Part shown: piece after piece, positions 11,278 through 21,500 of the stretch
How positions within the stretch are numbered: the first letter of the stretch is position 1
Layout of the letters: each line of letters starts with the position of its first letter
Assembly (NCBI RefSeq): GCF_009936135.1
Contig: NZ_CP047901.1
Span: 408,984 to 472,983, forward strand
Length of the DNA stretch: 64,000 bases
Direction of reading: 5' to 3'
From: Candidatus Chazhemtobacterium aquaticus
GTDB lineage: Bacteria; Patescibacteriota; Microgenomatia; UBA1400; Chazhemtobacteraceae
Made by a program: the position numbers and the translations under genes
Notes under the pieces: generated by a model
Told to the model about the DNA's origin: nothing
Seen by the model: only the letters and a program-made list of their open reading frames with translations
The model's database searches: none

Positions 11278-11423
11278 TGCAGTAATGCATTTAGCCAACC
11301 AGTACTAATAGTCAAAGAGTAAATTAAGTTTTTTGCTCTGCGACCATCTAAAACATTCTATTCACTTGCCAAGGGACTAAAAATCACCTAGCTCCAGGCA
11401 GCCCAAAACCTTGGACTGCTCAC

Positions 11424-11544
11424 TGCTCGGTGATCAGTGCGAAATGGCCCCACCTCTTCCCATTCCGAACAGAGTCGTGAAACGTTTCAGCGCCGACGAT
11501 AGTATTGTCCGCAAGGTTTTGCGAAAATAGGTCATCGCCGGGCA
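11424..11544 (+). rRNA. rrf: 5S rRNA
   Basis: CACCTCTTCCCATTCCGAACAGAG, GCGCCGACGATAGT; terminal stem TGCTCGGTGAT/ATCGCCGGGCA; 121 nt. Confidence 0.95.
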
Positions 11545-11552
11545 ACCAAAAC

Positions 11553-11577
11553 ACCCACCTTCATCGGTGGGTTTTTT
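11553..11577 (+). terminator. rRNA operon terminator
   Basis: ACCCACC-TTCATC-GGTGGGT with T-tract. Confidence 0.8.
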
Positions 11578-11597
11578 GTATCGACCTTACTTAATCC

Positions 11598-13949
11598 CTA
11601 TTTCCTCCTCCTTATACTCTCCCCTCCAACCATAATCACCCCATAAATCACCAAGGCAATCACCAAGAACCACTTGCACCAGAATCCCGATCGGCCAAGT
11701 AATAGCAATCCATCTCTGCATCCAGGACTACTCATCCATAGTCCTCCGTAAGCAATCAGTGGAGCCGTCATTCCCAGACCATATCTCCGCTTTCTCACAT
11801 CCTCTTTCTTACTATTCAACCAGTAATAAGAAAGGCTTAAAACTACCGACAGACCATACCACGGCCACGGGTTACAGTTAGCACATACACTTGCACTATC
11901 CTGGTCTCCCAGCACCATATCCTCACTTCCGCCCAAAATTGATCCCTCCTGAGCCGCTGCCTCTGACACTATCAACGAAGCCAACCTGCCTCGTACCGGC
12001 AATGGATCATTAATTGTATTTGAAAAGATCTCAGTTCTTCCTCCAGCCATACCCTTAACCACTGTCTCGGTGTAATACTCACCTGCAACGGGCGGTACTG
12101 TAAAAACAAAGTTAACATTTCGACACTTACCGCTTTCCAGTTCTCCCAGAGGTAGTTCCATCTCACCCAACCAGACCCCGTCTTGATTAAAGAATCTTTG
12201 TATCATCATCAGTTCATTTGTTCCTGACGGTCCTTCATTACAGACCTTAAACTGATATCTCACCCCATCACCGCCATAAACATACTCACCAATATTATTT
12301 CCCCCCGTTAAGGCTAAACTAGCCTCCGCCTCGCTCTCCTCATCACTACCTCCTGCCCCATCCACTTGCTCAAGTATTGACACCTCTGCCTCTGCCCAGT
12401 TGTTGCTCTCATTCTCATCTGCCTCGCTACCTGTTGCCTCCACTCTCACCATCAGTTTCTGCCAGCCGCTATCAACTTTCAACTCAAACTCTTCTTCTCG
12501 CAACTCATTAACATCAAGGTCCCCCACTCCTCTTTCCTGGTCTAACACTATCTTCGTTCCATCACTTACCAATACTCGCAACTTACTGTCCACCATCTTC
12601 TTATCCCCCTCATTTACCACCCCCGCCTTAAATCTTAATATCTCTCCTGCCTTCACCTCACCAGGCACTTGGAGTCCGGCTACCAAATCAGGATATGCAA
12701 ACACCAGGTCTCCTTTCCAAGGCGAAAACAACAGCAACTGCAACAGTCGGTATCGGGAATCAATCAGAGTCGTATTAACGATGTTTGTTGTACTTGCCCC
12801 GGCATACGCTGGTCCGGTCACCATAGAAGCATTCCCACTTGTTACTTGTGTGTTTCCACCACTCACTGCCGTTGCCTGAGCTACTGTTGTTACCTTTGCT
12901 TCATTCTCTATCTCCACCTCATTAATGCACCCATCAGCTTCACATCCTCCTTTACCTGTTCCAGCCAGCATTGTTAATGGATCAGTCCAACTCCCTGCAT
13001 GTTCCCAGTTCCTTATACCTCCACTCCACAAGAATAGATTCTCGACTAATAACTCAAACACATCCACCCCAATTAAGGTTGTATCTGCCATCGTCTTGTT
13101 TGAAGCCAAAGCCACAGCATCACCCGTTTCCATAGTCGCGCTTCCGCTTGCTTGCTGAACATTCTCTCCAGTTATCGCCTCAGCCGTAGTTTCGCCATAA
13201 ACTTGCCCGGTATTTGATATATCTATTCCTCCGATTAGTTTAAAGAAACTCCCCTCTTTTCCATTCATCTGCTCCAGGATCAGATCTCCCTCCCATGGTG
13301 TTACCACGCTGATTGTTCCCACTTCTAGCTCAGAGTTAATCAAGGTTGTGTTAGCCACCGTTACTCCGTTTGCCAGAGCTACCGCTGTCCCGGTACTCAT
13401 CTTCGCCTCACCGGTTGCACCCTCTTGAACTTGTAGGTTCTCTCCTGTAATTGCCGAAGCCGATGCGATTGTCACCACCTCGGCCTGGTTGTCAATTTCA
13501 ATATTCACACCTTCCTCATTCCCTCCCTCATTACTCTCCGGTTCTGCCGAGTTTGTTGCTTCTTTCTCCATCACAAAAGGTACTATGTCCCCCTCTGTTT
13601 CTTTGACCACCTCAGTTGCGACCTCTATCTCACTCTCAACCAAGGTTGTATTTACGACTCCCACCGACTCCGCCACCGCCACTGCCGATCCTGTTTCCAT
13701 CTCTAACTCTGCACTTGGCGTTTCTTCTGGTGTTGCCTGGGCTGCTTCTTCCTTAGGTTCCGTCTTCACCTCCTCTTCAGTTGGTGGTGCTTGGGTCTCG
13801 ATGTTTACTATTTCCCCTATGGTTTCTCCACCACCATCCTCCGCCATCACCATAGTGGTTGAGATTATCGGGTTAAGCAGTAGTACTACGTTAAGCAGTG
13901 CTATAGCTATTTTTTTGGTTTTTCTTCTTAATTTTTTTCTACTTATCAT
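11598..13949 (-). CDS. Large secreted acidic repeat protein with two CARDB/DUF11-like Ig domains and a 3-TM C-terminus
   Basis: Signal peptide; 3.5 copies of [ED]IxN..(T/S)GxNxQ..MxTGxAxA..NTTL; PDLVA..VVNEG..DENESNN (CARDB-like); C-terminal TM helices and RRRK. Confidence 0.75.
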   Translation of the reverse strand: MISRKKLRRKTKKIAIALLNVVLLLNPIISTTMVMAEDGGGETIGEIVNIETQAPPTEEEVKTEPKEEAAQATPEETPSAELEMETGSAVAVAESVGVVNTTLVESEIEVATEVVKETEGDIVPFVMEKEATNSAEPESNEGGNEEGVNIEIDNQAEVVTIASASAITGENLQVQEGATGEAKMSTGTAVALANGVTVANTTLINSELEVGTISVVTPWEGDLILEQMNGKEGSFFKLIGGIDISNTGQVYGETTAEAITGENVQQASGSATMETGDAVALASNKTMADTTLIGVDVFELLVENLFLWSGGIRNWEHAGSWTDPLTMLAGTGKGGCEADGCINEVEIENEAKVTTVAQATAVSGGNTQVTSGNASMVTGPAYAGASTTNIVNTTLIDSRYRLLQLLLFSPWKGDLVFAYPDLVAGLQVPGEVKAGEILRFKAGVVNEGDKKMVDSKLRVLVSDGTKIVLDQERGVGDLDVNELREEEFELKVDSGWQKLMVRVEATGSEADENESNNWAEAEVSILEQVDGAGGSDEESEAEASLALTGGNNIGEYVYGGDGVRYQFKVCNEGPSGTNELMMIQRFFNQDGVWLGEMELPLGELESGKCRNVNFVFTVPPVAGEYYTETVVKGMAGGRTEIFSNTINDPLPVRGRLASLIVSEAAAQEGSILGGSEDMVLGDQDSASVCANCNPWPWYGLSVVLSLSYYWLNSKKEDVRKRRYGLGMTAPLIAYGGLWMSSPGCRDGLLLLGRSGFWCKWFLVIALVIYGVIMVGGESIRRRK

Positions 13950-13973
13950 CTCCTCATCTATATATATTGGTCC

Positions 13974-13999
13974 CCGGCGGTGAGATCACCCACCGCCGG
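13974..13999 (-). other. Strong intergenic hairpin without U-tract
   Basis: CCGGCGGTG-8 nt-CACCGCCGG between the two repeat-protein genes. Confidence 0.7.
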
Positions 14000-14017
14000 T
14001 TATTCACATCACTACAA

Positions 14018-14545
14018 CTAATCTGTAGTAACTGAAGACCAACCAGTAAAGCCGACCATTACCTCAGACATGGCTTGTGAAGCTCCGGCTCCAGTTCCCA
14101 TTTCTTGGGTTAGATCGCTGCTCCAAGAGTACTTGGCAATACCCCACTGGCTATTCTCACCAGTCACGGTCTTGGCCATTGTCTTGGTGATTACCTTAAG
14201 ATCATCATTCTCGATCTCAATTTCAGGCATCTCTCCTAGACAATCACATCCTGGAAGCATGGTCATGCCGACGGTTACTCCAGCCTGAGCGGCTGACATG
14301 CCTTGACCAGTCCACAGTTTCTGGATTACATCACCAACCTTGGCAATACCCCACTGGCTATTTTCACCAGTCACGGTCTTGGCCATGGTTTTGGTAACCA
14401 CTAGCATATCCTCGTTCTCGATCTCAACCTCGACAGGCTCTGGCTTTGGTGGCATGGGAGGCATGAGAAACCAAAAGGCCATCGCTGAACCAGATAGAGA
14501 CAAAGACAACACTACTGCTGCTCCGATTGCGATTATTTTCTTCAT
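14018..14545 (-). CDS. Small secreted two-repeat protein (69-aa period)
   Basis: SD GGGGGTG 9 nt before ATG 14545; signal peptide ending SAMA; EIEN...TKTMAKTVTGENSQWGIAK occurs twice. Confidence 0.8.
   Translation of the reverse strand: MKKIIAIGAAVVLSLSLSGSAMAFWFLMPPMPPKPEPVEVEIENEDMLVVTKTMAKTVTGENSQWGIAKVGDVIQKLWTGQGMSAAQAGVTVGMTMLPGCDCLGEMPEIEIENDDLKVITKTMAKTVTGENSQWGIAKYSWSSDLTQEMGTGAGASQAMSEVMVGFTGWSSVTTD
14132..14427. repeat. Intragenic direct repeat, 207-bp period
   Basis: CTTGGCAATACCCCACTGGCTATTyTCACCAGTCACGGTCTTGGCCAT starts at 14132 and 14339. Confidence 0.9.
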
Positions 14546-14834
14546 TCTTGTATTCACCCCCTTTCCAAAAGAACTAATTGATATATATAAAGAATAGAGT
14601 CATTGGTATAGCGAAAACTAGACCCAAAAAGTAAGAGTTTGATTATCACTTCTCCAAACAAAACAGGCTAAGTCAGTGTGGCTAAATCTAGGTAGTATCA
14701 ACTGATACATCAAGCACAAGATTGGATAATATAAGCCACGCATCTAGCTTGATTCTATGCTTCCTGCACCCCCTGTCAATATCCAGTTATCCGCAAAAAA
14801 ATTCGAACCTACCCGCTATAATTACCCCATCAAA

Positions 14835-15473
14835 ATGAACAAAAAATTAAGTTTCCTTCTTCTTGGTCTTGGTGTCCTCATCCTCATCGTTGTCTTTCTT
14901 CCTCTTCTGACTCAGGAGCTCTGTTTCCACATCACCCCCCCTCCATCTCCAGAGCAGATCATCTTGCCTTCTTCATCACAAGAAGCAGAGGAGTTTAACA
15001 AGCAACCAGAGATTCTAGAACAAAAAGTCGTCATTACTCCAGACAACTTTGAGTTTTCTCTAGTCATCCCCAAGATCGGTCTTAATACCAGAGTCTTTCC
15101 CAACATCGATAGTGGCAACCCTGACATCTATCTTCCCATTCTTAAAAAAGGAGTTGCCCACGCTCTACATAGTAGTTTGCCTAATCAGTCAGGACCCGTC
15201 TTCATCTTCGCCCACTCAACCGATAACTTTTTTAATCTTACTCGCTACAACGCTGTTTTCTTTCTTCTCTCCAAGCTAGACCAGGGTGACTCCATCTACC
15301 TCTTCTATAACAACCAGCAATATCACTACCAGGTCACTCATCAGCAAGTCGTCTCGCCCGAAGACATCCCCGATTTAGTTTCCTCAATCAAAGACAACAC
15401 TCTCATCCTCCAAACCTGCTATCCTCCGGGTACTACCCTCAAACGACTTCTACTTTTTGCTAACCCTAACTAA
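14835..15473 (+). CDS. Sortase (class D/E-like)
   Basis: N-terminal TM; LVIPKIGL, GVAH, IFAHS (His), LQTCYP (Cys) and KRLL (Arg). Confidence 0.92.
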   Translation: MNKKLSFLLLGLGVLILIVVFLPLLTQELCFHITPPPSPEQIILPSSSQEAEEFNKQPEILEQKVVITPDNFEFSLVIPKIGLNTRVFPNIDSGNPDIYLPILKKGVAHALHSSLPNQSGPVFIFAHSTDNFFNLTRYNAVFFLLSKLDQGDSIYLFYNNQQYHYQVTHQQVVSPEDIPDLVSSIKDNTLILQTCYPPGTTLKRLLLFANPN

Positions 15474-15484
15474 GCTTGTCATAG

Positions 15485-15512
15485 TTGACAGCCGGCCCAA
15501 AAAAGCTAGAAT
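15485..15512 (+). promoter_or_regulatory. sigma70 promoter of the giant surface protein gene
   Basis: TTGACA-16 nt-TAGAAT. Confidence 0.7.
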
Positions 15513-15537
15513 GAGCTTACTACAGACCCATAACTGC

Positions 15538-18500
15538 ATGAAAAAGATCTGGATAAAACGATTCACTAGCCTTGCCCTCTCTCTTATTCTTCTGACAAAC
15601 TCCCTTACGCCCTACATTCTCGCTCAAGAAATCACTCCATCACCTGAACCTACTCCAACTACGGAAACTACTCCCACTCCAGAGCCAACCCTAACTGCAA
15701 CTCCTACTCCAGAAACCACCCCAACACCAACGTTAGAAGTTACCCCAGAAGTTACCCCAGAAGTTATCCCCACACCATTACCAGATACCAATCCTGTTGA
15801 TCCTGACTTAGCTACCACCCCTAGTGACCCAGTTCCTTCTCCCACACCATCTGTGGATCTAGACTCTCCTGATGCCCAAGGCAGTGCTCAGCTTACTCCC
15901 TCACTTTCCACTGATAAAGATGACTATGCACCAACAGAAACAGTCATCATCTCCGGTTCCGACTATCAACCCAATACCACCTATACTCTAGTTATTTCAT
16001 CGCAGGATGAGCCTACTGTCCGGTACGAGACTTCCATTACCAGCACTGAAAATGGTTCTATCTACTACGCCTATCAGCTAGATGGTATCTATCGCCCCAA
16101 CTATTTAATAGAGGTCTTTTTAGGTTCAAGTCTAGTTAAGTCGACTACTTTTACTGACTCTGTAAGTGAATATCCCAAAACCATCTGTCACCACAACCCT
16201 GGCAACGAGGTTACCCTGACTTTTCATAACGCACAGTCATATAGCGGACATCTTGGCACCCCACACAATGATAAGGTCTATGACACTGATGGTCCTTGTG
16301 ACGACTCCCAACCTACTGAAGAAATAATCGTTGTCTATCACTCAGATTTAGCTACAGACCTTAGTGATGTTATGGCCAAGCCGAAATCATGGTTCTTCTA
16401 TAACGACGAATCCAATACTATCGACAACTCACTCGGGTCATTTGTCATCGGACCAGGCACACCGCCTAGAGGAGATGGTAGCGTCGAGATTAGTGTTTCC
16501 GGAACCCAAAGAAGGAACCTGGCTACGTATCAGTTTAGCGGCATACCTTTGGCAAGTATCACAACCCTCGCGTACAGCACCTACAATCCCTCTGCTGGTA
16601 ACGGCGGATCAGCCAACCGAGTCGGTTATCTTGGCTTTAACGTTGACTTTGATGGCTCAGATACATGGCAGAAACGACTCCTGTTCCACCCCACCGCCAA
16701 CGGAACAGTCCAACAAGACACATGGCAAAAATGGGATGCCATTAACAATGGTAACGCCCTTTGGAGTTGGTCTGGCTTAAGTGGTCATGGTGGCAGTGCC
16801 ACTAAGTGGCCAGACGGCAGCACCTCAGAATATCGCTCAATTAATGAGCTAGTAGCCGCCTTCCCCAATATTCGTATTCGCGTTTCAGATCCTTGGATGG
16901 GAATTCGGGTTGGCGAACCATATTCAGATGGATATACAGAGAACATAGATCTCTTTAAATTCGGAACTGCCAATCACACTACCATCTGGGACTTTGAACC
17001 TGGACAAAGCCAACCCGAACCAGTTTGTGGCAATGGGTTAGTAGAGGACGGTGAGCAGTGCGACTATAGCTCTCTTAATGGATCATCCCCTTGTTCTTCT
17101 TCCTGTCAGTGGATTGCAGAGTGTCGACCGGAGAACCTCGCCAATGGCGGATTTGATATCCCGACAGTTGCTCACTCCAAAAAATGGGACATCTTTGAAA
17201 ATGAAGAAGTACCTGGCTGGACAGCCGAGTGGTACGGCGGATCATCTTCATATTCCGGCCAAGATCGTCCATCACCCAAAATTGAGATTCATGCCGGAGT
17301 CAACAACTGGGCACCGGTCGATAACCCGTATGTCGAGCTAGATAGCGACTGGGTCGGACCAGACGGAAATCTCAACAATGAACCAGCCTCAACTACTCTT
17401 TCTCAACAAGTTCCCACCATTCCGGGCTATCAGTACACCCTATCCTGGAAACATTCACCTCGCCCCAAACACAACAATAACCATCTCCAGGTCAAAGTTA
17501 ATGGAGGAGAAGTATTTAATAGTGGCATCCTTTCAGGTTCAAGCGGTATCAATTGGGTCACAGAAACTCACACCTTTACTGCCAACAGTGATCTAACCAC
17601 CATCTCTTTCACAGAACTTGGGAAGGCTGACTCATTTGGCATGTTCCTAGATGATGTCAGTCTGGAGTGTATAGGGTCATGTCAGGAAATTTCCGGACAA
17701 AAGATAGACGGTCGTTCAGAACAAGGTATTGATGGATGGAACATCTATCTCACTAAAGCTATCTCTGAAGAAATCGCAGTTCCAGCTTTAAATGCCCCCA
17801 CTATTTCAGGACCAGTTCTTGATAGTGGAAAACAGTACATTATTCTCGCTTCGGGTACATATTCAGCCGGTGACACGATTACTGCTGATGCAGAGTACTC
17901 AGTCACCAGTAAGTTCTCGGGTGATACCTGGACCGACTTAGTCACTGGTTACGAATCACATGGAGATCACCTCCTAGATCTCGAGCTTGGTGGCGTTGCC
18001 GACCCACCATTCTGGGGCGAGTATCACAACTCCCACACATACACAGCACTTGTAGCAGGTAACAACACCGCCATTACCTTCAAACTCAATGACTTCTATC
18101 CTTACAATAACTCAGGCTCACTTACAGTTCAGGTATTCGAAGTTATAGACACCCGTGTTACCAGAGACGGTGGTTTGTATACATTTGGCGAGATGTGTTC
18201 CGCAGAAACACTGTATATTTTCGAAGAAAATCGTCCTCTTTGGACCAGAAACTCTCCTTCATCAGGTTTCTATCCAGTCGGCCAACTTGAAACATATGAC
18301 TTTGCCAATAGCATGGTTGCTGGTACCATTTCTGGTCATAAATGGAATGATATTAACGGAGACGGACAGCGTGGCGATGAGCCAGGTCTAGAGGGCTGGC
18401 AGATTATTGTCCATCCAACCAATCAAGATCCGTATCAAATCATTACGCTTAATACCAATGACTCCAACGGGGAAGACAGTCTGCCTCTGACTGCTGGCCG

Positions 18501-21500
18501 TACCTATCTTATCGAAGCTGAGGGCACCTGGAATAACAAGAATGGTGCTGAATACAATGACGCCGATTATGCCAGTACCGATGACTGGTCTACCTATTTC
18601 AACTACGATGATGATTCCAGTCGCGACCCCAGGATTGTTGATCTCGTTATAGACGATCAAGACGTTGATTGGGGTAGCTACAACCAAAACCATCTCTACA
18701 AAACAGTTTTAAAAGGATCAGGGGTAAGTAAGAACTTTAAGATCTCGGAAGCTGGTGGTCCTATTTCTTGGTACAACGATAACTTAGGGACGCTAACAAT
18801 CCGCATCTACGACGTCACCGATCAAATCTATACCACTGATCAAGATGGTTACTACACTGCCACCAACCTTGAACCGGGAGAATATCAGGTTATCGAGTTA
18901 AACCAAGAAGGATGGATTCAAACTTACCCAACCAATCCAAAATATCACCACCTCACCCTCAATTCTCATGATGAACTCACGGCAGATTTTGGTAATCAGC
19001 AAGATTTACCCAAAATCTCAGATGTAACCGTTTGTAAGGTGAATGACAACCAGACACCTCTCTCTGGCTGGAACGTAGGGCTTTTAGGTAAAAAAATCGG
19101 TACCTACACCGTTCCCGTCAACAATACCTCTGTCTCTACAGCTGATTTACCCGCAGGTGACTATGCTTTACTTGCTCATGGTACCTATCGCTTTGCCAAC
19201 TGGGGTGATGCTGGTATTGCCGACGCTGGCTACTCTCTTCGTATTCCTGGACAATCCTACAGTGCTCACACCAATCCCTATGATACCTGGGTTAGTGGCG
19301 ACGAGCTTAACACTCCAGGAGCTTTAGAGATCCAGGTTAATGGCAACAATGTTGACTGGGGTCTTTTCAGCGATGTTCACGAATACCTATACAGCCTCAG
19401 CTCACACCCCGGCGGATCTCTCAGTTTTAAAATCTATGACAATGTCATCTCAGACAATATTAACTCTATTACCAATCCTCTCTCCGTTTCGGTCTATCAA
19501 GGTTTTACTGGCACCACTTCCGAGAACGGTTGTGTTACCTTCGAAGATGTCCCCTATGGTGACTACACTCTTTACGAATCACTTCAAGCTGGTTGGGAGA
19601 ACATAGAGGGACACGACACTCAAGTTACAGTTGACTCATCCACGGAGGAATTCACTCTCATTAATCTCGCCAACAAAAGTATCTCTGGTTTCAAATATGA
19701 GGATACGGGTACGGGTACCAAAATTCTAAGTGATTGGGCCATTCAGCTCTTTTCCTGTGCTGCACATGGAGACTGTAGCTCTGAGCCAATAATAACTACC
19801 ACCACTACTGTCAATGGCTATGACTTCCAAAACCTCACCTCAGGCTATTACCTCGTTAAAGAAGAAGCAAGAGAAGGCTGGAGTCCTAAACAATCATTAA
19901 GTTGGTTTGTCGATCTAGTTAATCAGCAATCAGTTCAAGTTGACTTTACTAATGCTCGCAACAGCTCCATTACTGCCTGCAAAGTAGAAGACTCTGATGG
20001 AAACACTACTACTACCGATGATCAAAATATTGTTGCTGGTTGGCCAATTAGCTTGTATCAAAATGGCCAGCCTGTAGACACTCAAGAGACAGAAAATGAC
20101 GGCTGCTATACCTGGACAGATCTTGATCCATATCAGTCATACAAAATATCTGAAAACGTAGAAAACTCAGGATACATCGCCTTAAGTGACACTGAGCACA
20201 CTTTTGAATCTCTTACACCTGGCCAAGATAATCAATACACTTTTGTTAACTTCCGCATGGGCATGGTTAAAGGGTATAAATATCACGACATCAATGCCAA
20301 TGGATCCCAGCAGCTTTACGACGAATTAAGCAATCCCTACGAAGGCTATCTTAACGACTGGGAGATCTGTCTTGTCCCTCATCAGCAAGGCGAGGAACAC
20401 GAAATAAGTCTACTTTCAGCTAATGAATCCATACCCGAAGGGTCCAACTGTGTTCTCACAGGAGCAGGGGAATGGCCTGATGGTTACTATGAATTTATTA
20501 ATCTAGGCCCAGGCACCTACCGGCTTTACGAGACTCCCCAACCCGATTGGATCCAAACAGAACCGTCTGATCCTAATGGATACATATTTACCATTACTTC
20601 AGGTTTTGGTATGGGTGAGGGTGGTTGGTACAACTTCGGCAACTACTCTCCTTCAGATTTAGTTCTAACCAAGTCGGTCACCAGATCAGGTGATACGGCT
20701 ACATATACACTTACTGTTCGAAACGAGGGTATTGGTCAGGTCGATGATGTCAGCATTACCGACACTCTTCCCGAGGGCTTCGTTCTCGATACAGGTTCCG
20801 TTACTCTTACCCGCCCAGATAGTACTACCATAAATCCGCCAACATCAGGTACCAACCCCTATACTTGGGACATCGCCCCAGTCATCTATCAATACAATTC
20901 TGAGGACGAATATCCAGAAATCTACACCTTAACCTATGATGTAGATGTCAGTGCTGTTGATATTAGCGGAGATCACACTAATGTAGCAGTCGCCAATGGT
21001 GACGATCCTGGCCAGAGTCCGGTTTTCTCCAACTATGCCACGGCCCTGCTCGCCATTGCCTCAGACCTTGACTACAGTGCTGGTGTCAGTGGCGATCAGC
21101 AAGGCGATGTTCTAGGTGCTTCAACCTCAACCGGACAGGTGCTAGGAGCAGCTACCGGTACTCCCAGTCTCTGGGCTCTTCTTGGTTTACTCTTCATTGC
21201 CTTAGGTTTGGTCTTAAGACTGCCCAAAGACAAAATTAAAAAACTCATTGCTACCCTCGCCTTAACCCTCATCCCCCTGGTTGTATCCTCTCCAGTTTTA
21301 GCTGAAGAACCCAAGCCTGATACCACTGCTCCCTCAGTGCATATTGTTAATCTGCCTACATACAAAAACACCAACAGCTTTGAAATCTCCTACACCGCCC
21401 TTGATGCAGGTACATCTGGCCTTAGGGAAGTCACTTTAGAATTCCGCCGCGAAGGCCAGTCCTGGCAAAACCTAACCACCCTTACCTCCTCCTCTGGTAA

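Noticed and set aside
14132-14427. Near-identical repeat pair as a DGR template/variable repeat
   Set aside because: Both copies are in frame within one gene, differences are not adenine-specific, and no reverse transcriptase is in the window.
12400-14597. Plus-strand Ser/Pro/Thr-rich ORFs opposite the repeat proteins
   Set aside because: Antisense shadows favoured by the C-rich, stop-poor strand.
15631-15790. Short tandem repeats (ACTCCA..., GAAGTTACCCCA) resembling an array
   Set aside because: They encode the TPEPTP/EVTP linker; no constant repeat with unique spacers and no cas genes, so not CRISPR.
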